This document shows positions 18,738-28,709 of a DNA stretch of 64,000 nt, piece by piece; within the stretch, counting starts at the first letter, position 1; the number at the start of each line of letters is the position of its first letter. The stretch covers positions 3,776,001-3,840,000 of the forward strand of contig OZ245015.1 in NCBI GenBank assembly GCA_965223705.1, written 5' to 3'. The position numbers and the translations under genes were made by a program. Source of the DNA: Myxococcota bacterium (GTDB taxonomy: Bacteria > Myxococcota_A > UBA9160 > UBA6930). Under the pieces are notes generated by a model. The model saw only the letters and a list, made by a program, of their open reading frames with translations, was not told the DNA's origin and did not search any database.

Positions 18738-20659
18738 CGCGTGGACTCGTCCGCGCCCCGAACGAGTTCGCGAACTGCGCCGGCGATGCCAGCGGAGTCG
18801 AGCCCGAACTCGGCTCGAAACTCCGACGGATCGCCGTGCTCGACCAGACGATCCGGAACCCCGAGGCTCCGTGCGCGCGGGTTTCGGCCCGCCGCGCTTA
18901 AGGCTTCGAGGACCGCGCTGCCGAAGCCGCCGGCCACGGCGTGTTCTTCCACCGTGACGACCGCGCCAGTGCGGGCCGCGAGAGGTTCGATGCGGCCCAT
19001 ATCGAGGGGTTTCGCGAAGCGCGCGTTGAGGACGGCGGCGTCGATGCCTTCTGCGGCGAGCTCTTCCGCCGCTTCGAGAGCTGGGTGCACCGTGTTGCCG
19101 TAGGCGACGATGACAGCGTCGCGGCCGTCGCGGAGAAGTTCGGCTTCGCCCACCGGAAGCGCCTTGATGTCGGGGTCGAGCGGGACCCCGAGCCCGCTGC
19201 CGCGCGGGTAGCGAATCGCGGCCGGACCGTCGTGCATCACCGCGGTGCACAGCATGTGCTGGAGCTCGTTCTCGTCTTTCGGAGCCATGCAGATGATGTT
19301 CGGGAGGCTCCGCAAGTAGGCGATGTCATACATCCCCTGATGCGTCGCTCCGTCGGCTCCCACCAGGCCGGCGCGGTCCATCGCCAAGGTCACGTCGAGG
19401 TTTTGCACACAGACGTCGTGCACGACTTGATCGTAGGCGCGCTGCAAGAACGTCGAGTAAATCGCCGCGACGGGCTTCATGCCTTCCGCGGCGAGCCCAG
19501 CGGCAAACGTCACGGCGTGTTGCTCCGCGATTCCGACGTCGTAGAAGCGGTCGGGGTGCGCGCGCTTGAATCGGTCGAGGCCGGTGCCGTCGGCCATCGC
19601 CGCCGTGATGCCGACGATTCGCGAATCCTCCTTCGCGAGTCGGATCAAGGTGTCGGCAAACACGTTCTGATACTTCGGCGGCCCGGGCTTCGACTTGGGG
19701 AAGGCGCCAGAAGCGACGTCGAAAGCGCCGACGCCGTGGTACTTGAACGGATCGCGCTGAGCGGGTTCGTAGCCGTAACCCTTGGCGGTGATCGCGTGGA
19801 TCAGCACCGGTCCCTCACCCTTGTGCACCATTTTCTTCGCGTTCTCGAAGGTCTCGAGGAGAACGTCCATGCGGTGCCCTTGGATCGGACCGACGTATTT
19901 GAAGTTCAGCGCTTCGAACAGGAGTCCGGGGGAGAAGAACACCTTGAGAGACTCTTCCGCCTTCTGCGCCCAGTGGAGCATGTCGCCCGGCATCGTGCCC
20001 AAGAATTCCTTCGCCCAGCCTTTCATGCGCCGGATCATCGGACCCGAGAGCTTTCTCGACAGGTAGGACGACATCGCGCCGACGTTTGGAGAGATGGACA
20101 TCTCGTTGTCGTTCAGCACGACGATGAGGTTCGACTGCGACAAATCGCCCGCGTGGTTCAGCGCTTCAAACGCCATGCCCGCCGTCATCCCGCCGTCGCC
20201 GATCATCGCGATCGCGCAGTGGTCGCGATCTTGGTGTTCGAAAGCCCGCGCCATCCCCAGCGCCGCCGAGATCGATGTTCCAGCGTGCCCGGCGCCGAAA
20301 TGATCGTACGGTGATTCCTCTCGGCGCAGGAACTTGCCGATCCCGCCGGTCTTCCCAATGCGATCGAAGCCCCCGCGTCGACCGGTGAGCATCTTGTGGG
20401 GATAGCCCTGGTGCCCCACGTCGAGGACGAGCCGGTCGTTCGGCGTATCGAACACGTAGTGAATCGCCGTGATGAGCTCACAGGCGCCGAGGCTCGAAGC
20501 CAAGTGACCGCCGGTGCGCGACACGCGCTCGACGATCTCGTCGCGGAGCTCCCGAGCCACGGCTTCCACAGCCTCGCGGGGCAGCGCCCGGAGGTCGGAA
20601 GGCTCAGCGATTCCGTCCAGGTAGCGCCGCGGGGTGTCGGTCTTAGCGTCTTTGTTCAA
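18734..20659 (-). CDS. dxs: 1-deoxy-D-xylulose-5-phosphate synthase
   Basis: GGHLASSLG, DVGHQGYPHK, GDGGMTAGMAFEALN, NDNEMSIS, DVGIAEQHA, DRAGLVGADGATHQG. Confidence 0.97.
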   Translation of the reverse strand: MNKDAKTDTPRRYLDGIAEPSDLRALPREAVEAVARELRDEIVERVSRTGGHLASSLGACELITAIHYVFDTPNDRLVLDVGHQGYPHKMLTGRRGGFDRIGKTGGIGKFLRREESPYDHFGAGHAGTSISAALGMARAFEHQDRDHCAIAMIGDGGMTAGMAFEALNHAGDLSQSNLIVVLNDNEMSISPNVGAMSSYLSRKLSGPMIRRMKGWAKEFLGTMPGDMLHWAQKAEESLKVFFSPGLLFEALNFKYVGPIQGHRMDVLLETFENAKKMVHKGEGPVLIHAITAKGYGYEPAQRDPFKYHGVGAFDVASGAFPKSKPGPPKYQNVFADTLIRLAKEDSRIVGITAAMADGTGLDRFKRAHPDRFYDVGIAEQHAVTFAAGLAAEGMKPVAAIYSTFLQRAYDQVVHDVCVQNLDVTLAMDRAGLVGADGATHQGMYDIAYLRSLPNIICMAPKDENELQHMLCTAVMHDGPAAIRYPRGSGLGVPLDPDIKALPVGEAELLRDGRDAVIVAYGNTVHPALEAAEELAAEGIDAAVLNARFAKPLDMGRIEPLAARTGAVVTVEEHAVAGGFGSAVLEALSAAGRNPRARSLGVPDRLVEHGDPSEFRAEFGLDSAGIAGAVRELVRGADESTR

Positions 20660-21471
20660 CGGTCTCTCCGCACAGCAAATCGGGCGAGCATACGCAGCGG
20701 CTGCGCCGCTTCGCCGAGATCTTCCGCCTCGCCGAGGGCTTCCTCGACGAGGCTCTCGGCCCAGGCGAGCGCCTCGTCGGGCGCGTATACACGTAGCACT
20801 GAACAGGGCTCATCCCGGTCTCGATCGAGGCAATCGTCGGCGATCTGGAACGCCAGGCCGAGGGCGAGCCCGATGCGCGCGATGATCGCGCGCTTCGCCT
20901 CGTCCGCGCCTGCGCATCGCGCCCCGAGAGAAGCCGAGACCTCGAAGAGCGCCGCCGTCTTTCGCCGGTGGACCGACGTGATCGCGTCGGCCGAGCCGCC
21001 GGAAAACGAGAGATCGTCGGCCTGCCCGCCCACCAACCCGAGGGCCCCGACTGCACGGGCGAGCTCTCCCACGCCTTCCGAAGGCAATCCGGAGTCCGCG
21101 ATGCACTGGAACGCGAGCGCTTGCAGCGCATCGCCGGCCAGGACCGCCAGCGCTTCGGTGTACGCCACGTGGACGGTGGGGCGACCGCGCCGGAGCGCGT
21201 CGTCGTCCATACACGGCAAGTCATCGTGGATGAGTGAGTACGTATGGATCAACTCGACGGCGACGGCGGGCGCCAGGGCAGCGTCCGCCGCCCCTCCCGC
21301 CGCGCGACACGCCGCAAAGGCCACCGCAGGGCGAATTCGCTTGCCGCCGGGGAAGAGCAGATGCGCCATGGCTCCGGAGAGATCCCCGGGACCGCGAGCA
21401 TCGGCAAGCGCCCGGCGGAGGCCGGCGTCGACCCGTGTCGCGCATTCCTTCAAATATCCTTCGACGTCCAT
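20656..21471 (-). CDS. ispA: Polyprenyl diphosphate synthase (FPP/GGPP synthase)
   Basis: GGKRIRP, IHTYSLIHDDLPCMDDD..RRGRPT, GGQADD, KT, FQIADD. Confidence 0.93.
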   Translation of the reverse strand: MDVEGYLKECATRVDAGLRRALADARGPGDLSGAMAHLLFPGGKRIRPAVAFAACRAAGGAADAALAPAVAVELIHTYSLIHDDLPCMDDDALRRGRPTVHVAYTEALAVLAGDALQALAFQCIADSGLPSEGVGELARAVGALGLVGGQADDLSFSGGSADAITSVHRRKTAALFEVSASLGARCAGADEAKRAIIARIGLALGLAFQIADDCLDRDRDEPCSVLRVYAPDEALAWAESLVEEALGEAEDLGEAAQPLRMLARFAVRRDR

Positions 21472-21755
21472 CAGAGCGGAGCTTCCTCGTCCGACTCCTC
21501 AAACGGTGCGCGACTGGCGTCGTCGCCGGATCCCAGGAGAACCTCGACCCGCTGTTCCGCTTCTCGCAAGCGGGTCGCGCACGCGCGAGAGAGGGAGACG
21601 CCCCGCTCGAAGACTCGGAGCGCTTCTTCGAGGGGCATCTCCCCATCTTCGAGTGATGCGACGAGCTCTTCGAGCTCCTCGAGGGCCGCTTCTAGCGGAA
21701 CCTCCGGATCGGCGGGCGTCTCTTTCGCTTGGGTTCGGCGGGACGTCTTCGGCAC
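21471..21755 (-). CDS. xseB: Exodeoxyribonuclease VII small subunit
   Basis: EAALEELEELVASLEDGEMPLEEALRVFERGV; xseA-xseB-ispA-dxs synteny. Confidence 0.93.
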   Translation of the reverse strand: MPKTSRRTQAKETPADPEVPLEAALEELEELVASLEDGEMPLEEALRVFERGVSLSRACATRLREAEQRVEVLLGSGDDASRAPFEESDEEAPL

Positions 21756-21808
21756 GCTTCGAAGCTACCACTTTTCGCGGAATGCCGTGGCGAACCGGAG
21801 CCTTGGCC

Positions 21809-23044
21809 TCAGGGCTCGTCGTCCTCGACAGCGACGACGGACACGTCGGCGCGCCCTTCGTGCAGGCGAAGCGTCAAGGTGTCGCCGACGGAGAGATCGG
21901 CCACCCGCCGAGCGATCCCACCGTCCGGTCGGGTCGCGATCGCGTAGCCGCGACGCAGCACCGCGAGCGGCGACAGCGCTTCGAGCCGCGCGACCGCTTC
22001 GCGCAACCTTCGATCCGATCGTCGGGTCGCCTCGGAAACGGCGTCGCGCAGGCGCGCCTCGGCGCGCTCGAGGCGAAGGCGCCGGGTCTCGAGCTTCGCC
22101 CTCGGCGCTTCCCGGCGCAGTTTCTCGGTCAGGGTCGCGAGCCGGTCGGCTGCGCGCTCGTAGTGTGACCGAAGCGCCGAAACCAACCGGCGCTCGGCCG
22201 AGGCGAGGTCCGAAGCGAGTTCGGCCCGATCGGAAGTGACCAGCGCGGCTGCCGCCGATGGCGTCGGAGCGCGGAGATCCGCGGCGAGATCGGCGATCGT
22301 CACGTCGACCTCGTGCCCGACCCCGCTCACGACCGGCAGCCGGCAAGTGCGAATCGCCCGAGCCACCCGCTCCGTGTTGAAGCAGGCCAAATCAAAAGCG
22401 CCACCGCCGCCGCGCACCAGGAGGACGACGTCGACGTCCGGTTGCTCCGACAAGCTGCGGAGCGCGGATTCGATCTCCGCCGGCGCGGCGTCGCCCTGGA
22501 CGGTCGCCGGCGCGAGCAGCAAGGGCACATCGGGGGCGCGCTCCTCGAGGACGCGAATCACGTCGTGAATCGCCGCTCCATGGGCCGAGGTCACGACACC
22601 GATACGCCTCGGGTGGGCCGGAAGCTCGCGTTTCTCGGATTCGTCGAAGAGGCCCTCGGCCTCGAGTCGCGCCCGCAACTGCTCAAAGGCCAGCTGCAGG
22701 GCGCCCACGCCCCGGGGCTCCACTTCGCGGACGATGATCTGCAAGTCGCCCCGCGCCGGATAGACGCTCAGCTCTCCGAAGATCCGAACCTCGAGCCCGT
22801 CTTCGAGGTCGAACGGCACCCGACGCGCCGCGCTTCGAAAGAGCGCTGCACGCAGCTGGGCCGATTCGTCCTTGAGTGTGAAGTAGACGTGGCCGGACGC
22901 GGCATGGTGGACGTTGATCACTTCGCCGCCGATCCACAGACGCCCCACGCGTTCTTCGAGCAGCGCGGAAATGCCGGCCGCTACCTCCGCGACGGTAAAG
23001 ACGCGGGGCGCGGTCACTTCGTTTCGATCCGTGCGACGCTCCAC
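21809..23044 (-). CDS. xseA: Exodeoxyribonuclease VII large subunit
   Basis: SGHVYFTLKD, IGVVTS..GAA..D, VRGGG, SGVGHEVD, RAPTPSAAA, LSPLAVLRRGY. Confidence 0.95.
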   Translation of the reverse strand: MERRTDRNEVTAPRVFTVAEVAAGISALLEERVGRLWIGGEVINVHHAASGHVYFTLKDESAQLRAALFRSAARRVPFDLEDGLEVRIFGELSVYPARGDLQIIVREVEPRGVGALQLAFEQLRARLEAEGLFDESEKRELPAHPRRIGVVTSAHGAAIHDVIRVLEERAPDVPLLLAPATVQGDAAPAEIESALRSLSEQPDVDVVLLVRGGGGAFDLACFNTERVARAIRTCRLPVVSGVGHEVDVTIADLAADLRAPTPSAAAALVTSDRAELASDLASAERRLVSALRSHYERAADRLATLTEKLRREAPRAKLETRRLRLERAEARLRDAVSEATRRSDRRLREAVARLEALSPLAVLRRGYAIATRPDGGIARRVADLSVGDTLTLRLHEGRADVSVVAVEDDEP

Positions 23045-23089
23045 GGCGAGAGGACTAGCGCGCTTCGGCGCGTTTCACGAGCGGGAGGG

Positions 23090-24436
23090 CTAGCGCGCCT
23101 CGGCGGACTGAACCGATTCGTCGGCGGGAGGCTTGCGGAGGTGATCGAAGTAGGTCCAGCTCTTCAACACCTCGATCGCCCGGGCCAACTGGGGATCGGC
23201 CGCGTCGTCGTCCTCGTCGTCCACTTCGGCGCCGGGCTGGCGGAAATGCCCGTCGAGATCCTTTTCGCGAACTCGAGGTGTCGTCGAGACCGGTGCGTCG
23301 ACCGAGGCCGCGACTTCGATATCCGGCGCGATCCCGACTTCTTGGATCGAACGTCCCGCCGGTGTGTAGTAAAGCGCTGTCGTCAGCCGGAGCCCCGACC
23401 CGTCTTCCAGAGGGTAGACGGTTTGAACACTGCCTTTCCCAAAACTCGGCATACCGACGACGAGTGCCCGACGTTGGTCTTGGAGCGCCCCGGCGACGAT
23501 CTCAGAAGCGCTCGCGCTCCCCTCATTGATGAGAATGACCATCGGATATTGCGCTTGGTCCGAAGGGGTCGCGCGAAACTCTTGGCGACTCCCCTCGTCG
23601 CGACCTTCGGTGTAGACGACGAGGCCTTCTTCCAGCCAGAGGTCGGCTACGCCGACGGCTTGATCCAACAGGCCGCCCGGATTGTCACGAAGGTCGAGAA
23701 CCGCTCCCACGAACGGACCGCCGTTTGCCTCGAGGCGCTTCTCGATCGCCTTGCGAAGCTCTGCCGTGGTGCGTTCCTGGAAGGAGCGCACGCGAAAATA
23801 CGCGTAGCCGTCCTCGAGCGCGCGACTCGTTACGGACGCGACCTTGACGATGTCGCGCACGATCTCGAATTGCCGGGGTTCGTCGAACCCGTCGCGCAAG
23901 ATGAAGATCTTGATCGACGAGCCCTTCGGGCCCCGCATGAGCGTCACCGCTTCGTGAAGGTCGAGTCCCTGGGTCCCTCGACAGGGCTCGACCCAGTCGT
24001 CGGGAACTTGCGTGGGGCAAATGTCGGTGATCTGGTCGCGGGCCTTCAAGCCGGCCCGTTCCGCCGGCGTGCCTTCGATCGGCGAGACCACTTCGACGTA
24101 ACCGCCCTGCTCCTTGGAGATCTCGATTCCCAGACCATAGAACTCGCCGCGCGTGTCGATCTGCATCTCGCGGTATGACTTCGCGTCCATGTACGACGAG
24201 TGCGGATCGAGCGACGCCAACATCCCGCGAACCGCACCTTGGACGAGGTCCGTTTCATTGACGGTTTCGACGTAGTGATCGCGAACGAGGCGATAGACGT
24301 TGCTAAAGAGCGCCAGACTCTCGTAACGGCCGGCGGCGATGCTCGTCACCGCTCCCGTCGTGAGCAGCAACACGCAGCAGGCTGCGAGGCCGGCGGCAAA
24401 TCCCAGCGTGAATCGAAGATCGAAGCGACGACGCAT
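23090..24436 (-). CDS. ctpA: C-terminal processing protease, S41 family
   Basis: LDPHSSY, PDZ region GLGIEI, DLRDNPGGLL, SASASEIVAGALQD, FGKGSVQ. Confidence 0.94.
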   Translation of the reverse strand: MRRRFDLRFTLGFAAGLAACCVLLLTTGAVTSIAAGRYESLALFSNVYRLVRDHYVETVNETDLVQGAVRGMLASLDPHSSYMDAKSYREMQIDTRGEFYGLGIEISKEQGGYVEVVSPIEGTPAERAGLKARDQITDICPTQVPDDWVEPCRGTQGLDLHEAVTLMRGPKGSSIKIFILRDGFDEPRQFEIVRDIVKVASVTSRALEDGYAYFRVRSFQERTTAELRKAIEKRLEANGGPFVGAVLDLRDNPGGLLDQAVGVADLWLEEGLVVYTEGRDEGSRQEFRATPSDQAQYPMVILINEGSASASEIVAGALQDQRRALVVGMPSFGKGSVQTVYPLEDGSGLRLTTALYYTPAGRSIQEVGIAPDIEVAASVDAPVSTTPRVREKDLDGHFRQPGAEVDDEDDDAADPQLARAIEVLKSWTYFDHLRKPPADESVQSAEAR

Positions 24437-24555
24437 ATGGGCCTCTCGAGCCGTTGGATCGTTTCCGAAGCGATCCGAATCGTAACAATCGGTGTTTCGG
24501 AGCTCGACCTTTAAAGACACGAGACACCGCAACGCCGCGGTCGGTGCCGCGCCGG

Positions 24556-25692
24556 CTAGCGCAACAAGCCCGGGCCCAGCCAAGCGGTCGGATTGAGCGC
24601 TTCGTCACGTCGACGGATCTCGAAATACACCCGGGGACCCGCCAGGGAACCCGAGTCTCCGGCCCGTCCGACGAGTTCTCCCGCCCGGACGCGTTCGCCG
24701 ACATTCACCTCGAAGCTGTCCAAATGCCCCGTCACCGTGAAGTGGTCGGCGCCGTGATCGATAATCAACAGGCGTCCGTAGCCGCGAAACCAACCGGCAA
24801 AACGCACTTCGCCGTCGGCCACCGCAAACACCGGTGCGCCTCGGTAGGCTCCGAAAAGGAGACCGTTGCGGACGGTCTCAGTCCCGAACTCGTCGCGGAC
24901 GCGCCCGAAACGACCGATGAGTCGCCCCTCCACCGGGAGCGGTAGGCGGCCGCGCAGCGCGGCGAAGTCGTCGGCTCCCGGTCGGCGCGAGCGCAGACCG
25001 GACAAGCGCTCTTCCAGCGCGCGCGCCGCGGCCTGGAGCTCGCGGAGCGCGCCGCGTGCGCGTTGGCGATCGCGACGCGTTTCGCGGAGCAGATTTCGCC
25101 GCATACGTCGATCCGCTCGAAGCTCGGACCGACGCGTCTTGAAGCGCGTCAGCGCGCGTTCGCCGACCGTCGCGATCCGGATCGCCTCGACGCGCGCGTC
25201 CGCAACGGCCGCGATATCTCGACTGTGGCGCTCGGCGAGCTCCCGATCTCGTTTGAGGAGCCACTGCAGCGCGCGAACTTCGGAAAGCGCCCCTTCGAGA
25301 CTTCCCGCCCCGAACAACACACGGACGGGACCGAGTTCTCCCCACTTGTAGAGAGCGACGGCTCGAGCCGCGAGCACGCGGCGAGTTTCCGCCAACCGGG
25401 CTTTCGCCGCCTCCGCACGGGGAGCGAGCTCCTCGAGCGCGCGCTCGGCTTCTTCGACTTCTTTGCGCGCGCGGGCTTCGTCTTCCGCCAAGAGGCCGGC
25501 GCGACGATCGAGGCTTTCGATGGCCGCGAGAAGTCCTCGTTCCTCCTTCTCGTAGCGCTCGACCTGGCTGCGCGTCTCGGCGAGTGAACGACGGAGCGCT
25601 TCGAGCTCTTCGCTGTCTTCGTCTCCGGCAGCGCTGGTCGCGAAGGCGAGAACCGCGAGAAAGAACGCAGCCCGTCGGAACGCGCGCGCCAT
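24556..25692 (-). CDS. envC: Murein hydrolase activator EnvC (coiled coil plus degenerate M23)
   Basis: Signal peptide, long coiled coil, GRLPLPVEG, GWFRGYGRLLIIDHG, YFEIR; downstream of ftsEX. Confidence 0.88.
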   Translation of the reverse strand: MARAFRRAAFFLAVLAFATSAAGDEDSEELEALRRSLAETRSQVERYEKEERGLLAAIESLDRRAGLLAEDEARARKEVEEAERALEELAPRAEAAKARLAETRRVLAARAVALYKWGELGPVRVLFGAGSLEGALSEVRALQWLLKRDRELAERHSRDIAAVADARVEAIRIATVGERALTRFKTRRSELRADRRMRRNLLRETRRDRQRARGALRELQAAARALEERLSGLRSRRPGADDFAALRGRLPLPVEGRLIGRFGRVRDEFGTETVRNGLLFGAYRGAPVFAVADGEVRFAGWFRGYGRLLIIDHGADHFTVTGHLDSFEVNVGERVRAGELVGRAGDSGSLAGPRVYFEIRRRDEALNPTAWLGPGLLR

Positions 25693-26597
25693 CAGAACGC
25701 GCGCCGCTGCGCGACCGCGAGGACCGCGCCCGCGAAACCGACCGCCGCACCACCCAGGACGATGCCGACGAGTGCGCTCGCGTCGAGGAAGACGGGGTCG
25801 ACATAACCGATCAGCAACGTCAGACCACTGGCGAGCAGTGGCTTCAGCGCGTGAAACAAACCGAACAGGGCGACCCAGGCGATGGCTCCGCCGATTGCGC
25901 CCTGGACGACCCCTTCGATGAGAAACGGGGCCGCGACGAAGCCCGGCGCTGCGCCGACCAACCGGAGAATCTCGATCTCGTCTCGGCGCGCGTAGAGCGC
26001 CAACCGAATCGTATTCGCCACGATCAACAGGGTGGCGACCAGCAGGGTCCCGCCCAACGCGATGCCGCCGATGCGGACGATTCCGATCACGCGGGTGTAT
26101 CCCTCGATCCACTCCGCCCCGGCGCCCACTTCGCTGACCCCGGGCCAATCGGACACCAGGGCGCCGACGCGCCGCAGGTCATCGGCGTCCCGGGATTGTG
26201 CCGAAAGCGTCAGCTCAAAAGACGAAGGCAGCGGGTTTTCTTCGAGGCCGTCGAGCACATCGCTTCGCTCGCCGACCCCGCTGCGGAAACGTTCGAGTGC
26301 CTCTTCAGGCGAGACGAACGACACGCTGTCGACGCCTTCTAGCGCGGCGAGCCGCGCTGCCAGCGCCTCGTGCGCGTCGCTGTCGAGCTCGGGGTCCAGG
26401 TAGACCGCGAGCTTCACCTCTTCTCCGAATCGATCGATCAAGCGCTGCATGTTGCCGAGCAGCAGCGAAAACGCCCCCGATAGGAGGAGCGTCACCGCGA
26501 CCGTCACAACGGCGACAGAAGACGTGACGGGACTGCTGCGGAGGCCGCGGAAGGCCGCGAGAGCCGCGTAGCGCATCCAACCGAGGGGATGATTCAC
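25692..26597 (-). CDS. ftsX: Cell division permease FtsX
   Basis: ENPLPSSF, ANTIRLALYARRDEIEILRLVGA, PFLIEG. Confidence 0.93.
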   Translation of the reverse strand: MNHPLGWMRYAALAAFRGLRSSPVTSSVAVVTVAVTLLLSGAFSLLLGNMQRLIDRFGEEVKLAVYLDPELDSDAHEALAARLAALEGVDSVSFVSPEEALERFRSGVGERSDVLDGLEENPLPSSFELTLSAQSRDADDLRRVGALVSDWPGVSEVGAGAEWIEGYTRVIGIVRIGGIALGGTLLVATLLIVANTIRLALYARRDEIEILRLVGAAPGFVAAPFLIEGVVQGAIGGAIAWVALFGLFHALKPLLASGLTLLIGYVDPVFLDASALVGIVLGGAAVGFAGAVLAVAQRRAF

Positions 26598-27304
26598 GGA
26601 CGCTCGACTCCAGAACTCTCGAGCTGCCCGTCGTGCAAACGAAGACAGCGCTTTCCATACCGATCGACCAACGCGAGATCGTGGGTCGCGACGAGCACGG
26701 TCGTGCCACGCGCGGTAGCGCCGACGAGAAGATCCATGATTTCGTACGTCAGATCGGGATCGAGGTTTCCCGTGGGCTCATCCGCCAACAGAATATCCGG
26801 CTCGGTCACCAAAGCGCGCGCGATGGCGACGCGTTGTTGCTCTCCTCCGGAGAGCGTTTCCGTCCGCTGATCGAGGCGATGATGGAGCCCGACGCGCTTC
26901 AACATGGAGAACACTCGGTCCTTCGCTTCGCGTCGGGGCGTTCCGGTGACGGCCAGCGCCAGGCCGACGTTGTCTTCGACGGTGCGTCGGGGCAGCAGTT
27001 TGAAATCTTGGAAGACGATGCCGATCCGGCGCCGCAGTGCGGCGACACCGCGGGCGCGCAAGCCCGCCGTGTTGCGTCCCAAGACGACGAGCTGACCTTC
27101 GCTCGCGCGTTCGGCTGCGAACAACAGCCGGAGCAACGTACTTTTTCCGGCGCCGCTCGGGCCGGTCAGAAACGCGAATTCACCGCGTCGCAGCTCGAGA
27201 CTGATATCTCGGAGCGCCCAGCTCCCGGGGAGGTAGGACTTCGAAACGTGGAACAGGCGTACGAGTGCATCGCCGGAAAGAGGCGCCGCCGCGCCCCGGT
27301 TCAC
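26594..27304 (-). CDS. ftsE: Cell division ATP-binding protein FtsE
   Basis: GPSGAGKST, IGIVFQDFKLL, LSGGEQQRVAIARA, ADEPTGNLD; GTG start overlaps the upstream stop. Confidence 0.93.
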   Translation of the reverse strand: MNRGAAAPLSGDALVRLFHVSKSYLPGSWALRDISLELRRGEFAFLTGPSGAGKSTLLRLLFAAERASEGQLVVLGRNTAGLRARGVAALRRRIGIVFQDFKLLPRRTVEDNVGLALAVTGTPRREAKDRVFSMLKRVGLHHRLDQRTETLSGGEQQRVAIARALVTEPDILLADEPTGNLDPDLTYEIMDLLVGATARGTTVLVATHDLALVDRYGKRCLRLHDGQLESSGVERP

Positions 27305-27756
27305 GAGACGCGCGCTTTGTCGCGCTGAGAGCGCTCGATCAGATAATCGAGCACCCATTCGTCGAGGGGACGTTCGTCCTGTGCCGCAGGGATAGGCGCG
27401 GAGGATGCAGTTTGTCCCGGCGCGCCGGCCGAGCCCGGCTCGGGAGGCGTCGCGTCTCCGAGGTCGGCGACGGAAAACACGTCCTCTCCGAGGCGCTCCG
27501 CGATTTGTCGATCGAGAGCCCCGCCTTCGAGCCGAGACAGCAACGCCTCGTGCTGCGCCTCCATCAGACCGCGGACATAGGTCGCGAGGTCGGGGCGGTC
27601 GACGGCGTCCGCGTAGCTCTGCTTCTCCGACGCGAGAATGGTCCCGCCGTGATAGAGATGCGTGATGATATGGGGATGCGAACGTCCGCTGTCTTCGCTT
27701 TGGAGATGAAAGATCACCCCCTGTCGTTCGACGTTCGTGTTGAAGCCGGGAACCAT
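27301..27756 (-). CDS. Hypothetical protein translationally coupled to ftsE
   Basis: 151-aa ORF with GGGGAG SD; protein-like N-terminus GFNTNV...FHLQSEDSG..HPHIITHLY; GTGA overlap with ftsE. Confidence 0.8.
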   Translation of the reverse strand: MVPGFNTNVERQGVIFHLQSEDSGRSHPHIITHLYHGGTILASEKQSYADAVDRPDLATYVRGLMEAQHEALLSRLEGGALDRQIAERLGEDVFSVADLGDATPPEPGSAGAPGQTASSAPIPAAQDERPLDEWVLDYLIERSQRDKARVS

Positions 27757-27983
27757 CCTGCTCCCCTCGCCGAGTCCCGCGAAACTCGGCTCCGGTGTGG
27801 GTGAATCCTTCGCTCACCCGGAGGGCATTGTGGCGATTCGGGATGTCGGTGCCAATAGAGAAAGGCGGCGCGTTTCCCGACTCGCCACGGCCTCGTAGAG
27901 GTATCGGAACGTCCCAGAGAGGGCTAAAACCGGGGGCGCTACATCGGCCGCTCCGCGCCGGCTGCGAAAAGGAGGACAACCCT

Positions 27984-28709
27984 GTGGCGAGAACCAAATG
28001 GTCTGACAGCGCTTTCCGCCGTTGGGGCTTACCCGCAGTTGTTGCTGTGAGTCTGTGCGCGACCAGTGGCGCGGCGGGTCCGGTCGACGGCGTCAATCGC
28101 GCGAGCCGAACCTTCAATTTCTGGCTGCTCGACTACGTGCTCGAGCCGGTGGCGAAGGGATACAACTTCGTCATGCCCAAGCCGGCCCAGGCCGGCGTCC
28201 GGAACGCCCTCCAAAACCTCGAGCGCCCGCGCGACACGGTGCAGAGCCTGCTGCAGGGGAAGCCGCGGCGGGCGGGGGCACATTTGGGAGCCCTGGTCGT
28301 CGACTCGACCGTGGGGATCGCGGGCCTGATGCGCCCTTCGGAATGGTGGTTCAACATCCCGCCGGAGCCCCCGGAAACGTTCGGTGAAACCCTCGGTTTC
28401 TACGGCATTCCCCAGGGCACCTACCTGATCCTGCCGGTGTATGGTGAAACGTGCCCGCGCTGTCTGGTGGGCGCGGTCGGCGATGCGGTGCTGCACCCCT
28501 TGTTCTGGATTCGCGGCACCACCGGCCGCGTGGCCGCCGGTGGTGCGCGCGTTCTCGGAGGAATCAATCTCCTCGCCCGTCAGATGCCCAAGCCCGGCGC
28601 CGCCCCGGAGGAATGGCAACGCTACGAGGAAATTCTGAACGAGCGCCCTTCCTACGAAGAGGCGAAGGATCTCTTCCGAGAAAACCTCGAAGCGGACGTA
28701 GACTCCTAG
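27984..28709 (+). CDS. mlaA: MlaA/VacJ family lipid-asymmetry protein
   Basis: NR...FN..LD..LEPVAKGY, NLERP, STVGIAGL, FGETLGFYGIPQGTYLILPVYG; AGGAGG SD before GTG 27984. Confidence 0.85.
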   Translation: MARTKWSDSAFRRWGLPAVVAVSLCATSGAAGPVDGVNRASRTFNFWLLDYVLEPVAKGYNFVMPKPAQAGVRNALQNLERPRDTVQSLLQGKPRRAGAHLGALVVDSTVGIAGLMRPSEWWFNIPPEPPETFGETLGFYGIPQGTYLILPVYGETCPRCLVGAVGDAVLHPLFWIRGTTGRVAAGGARVLGGINLLARQMPKPGAAPEEWQRYEEILNERPSYEEAKDLFRENLEADVDS

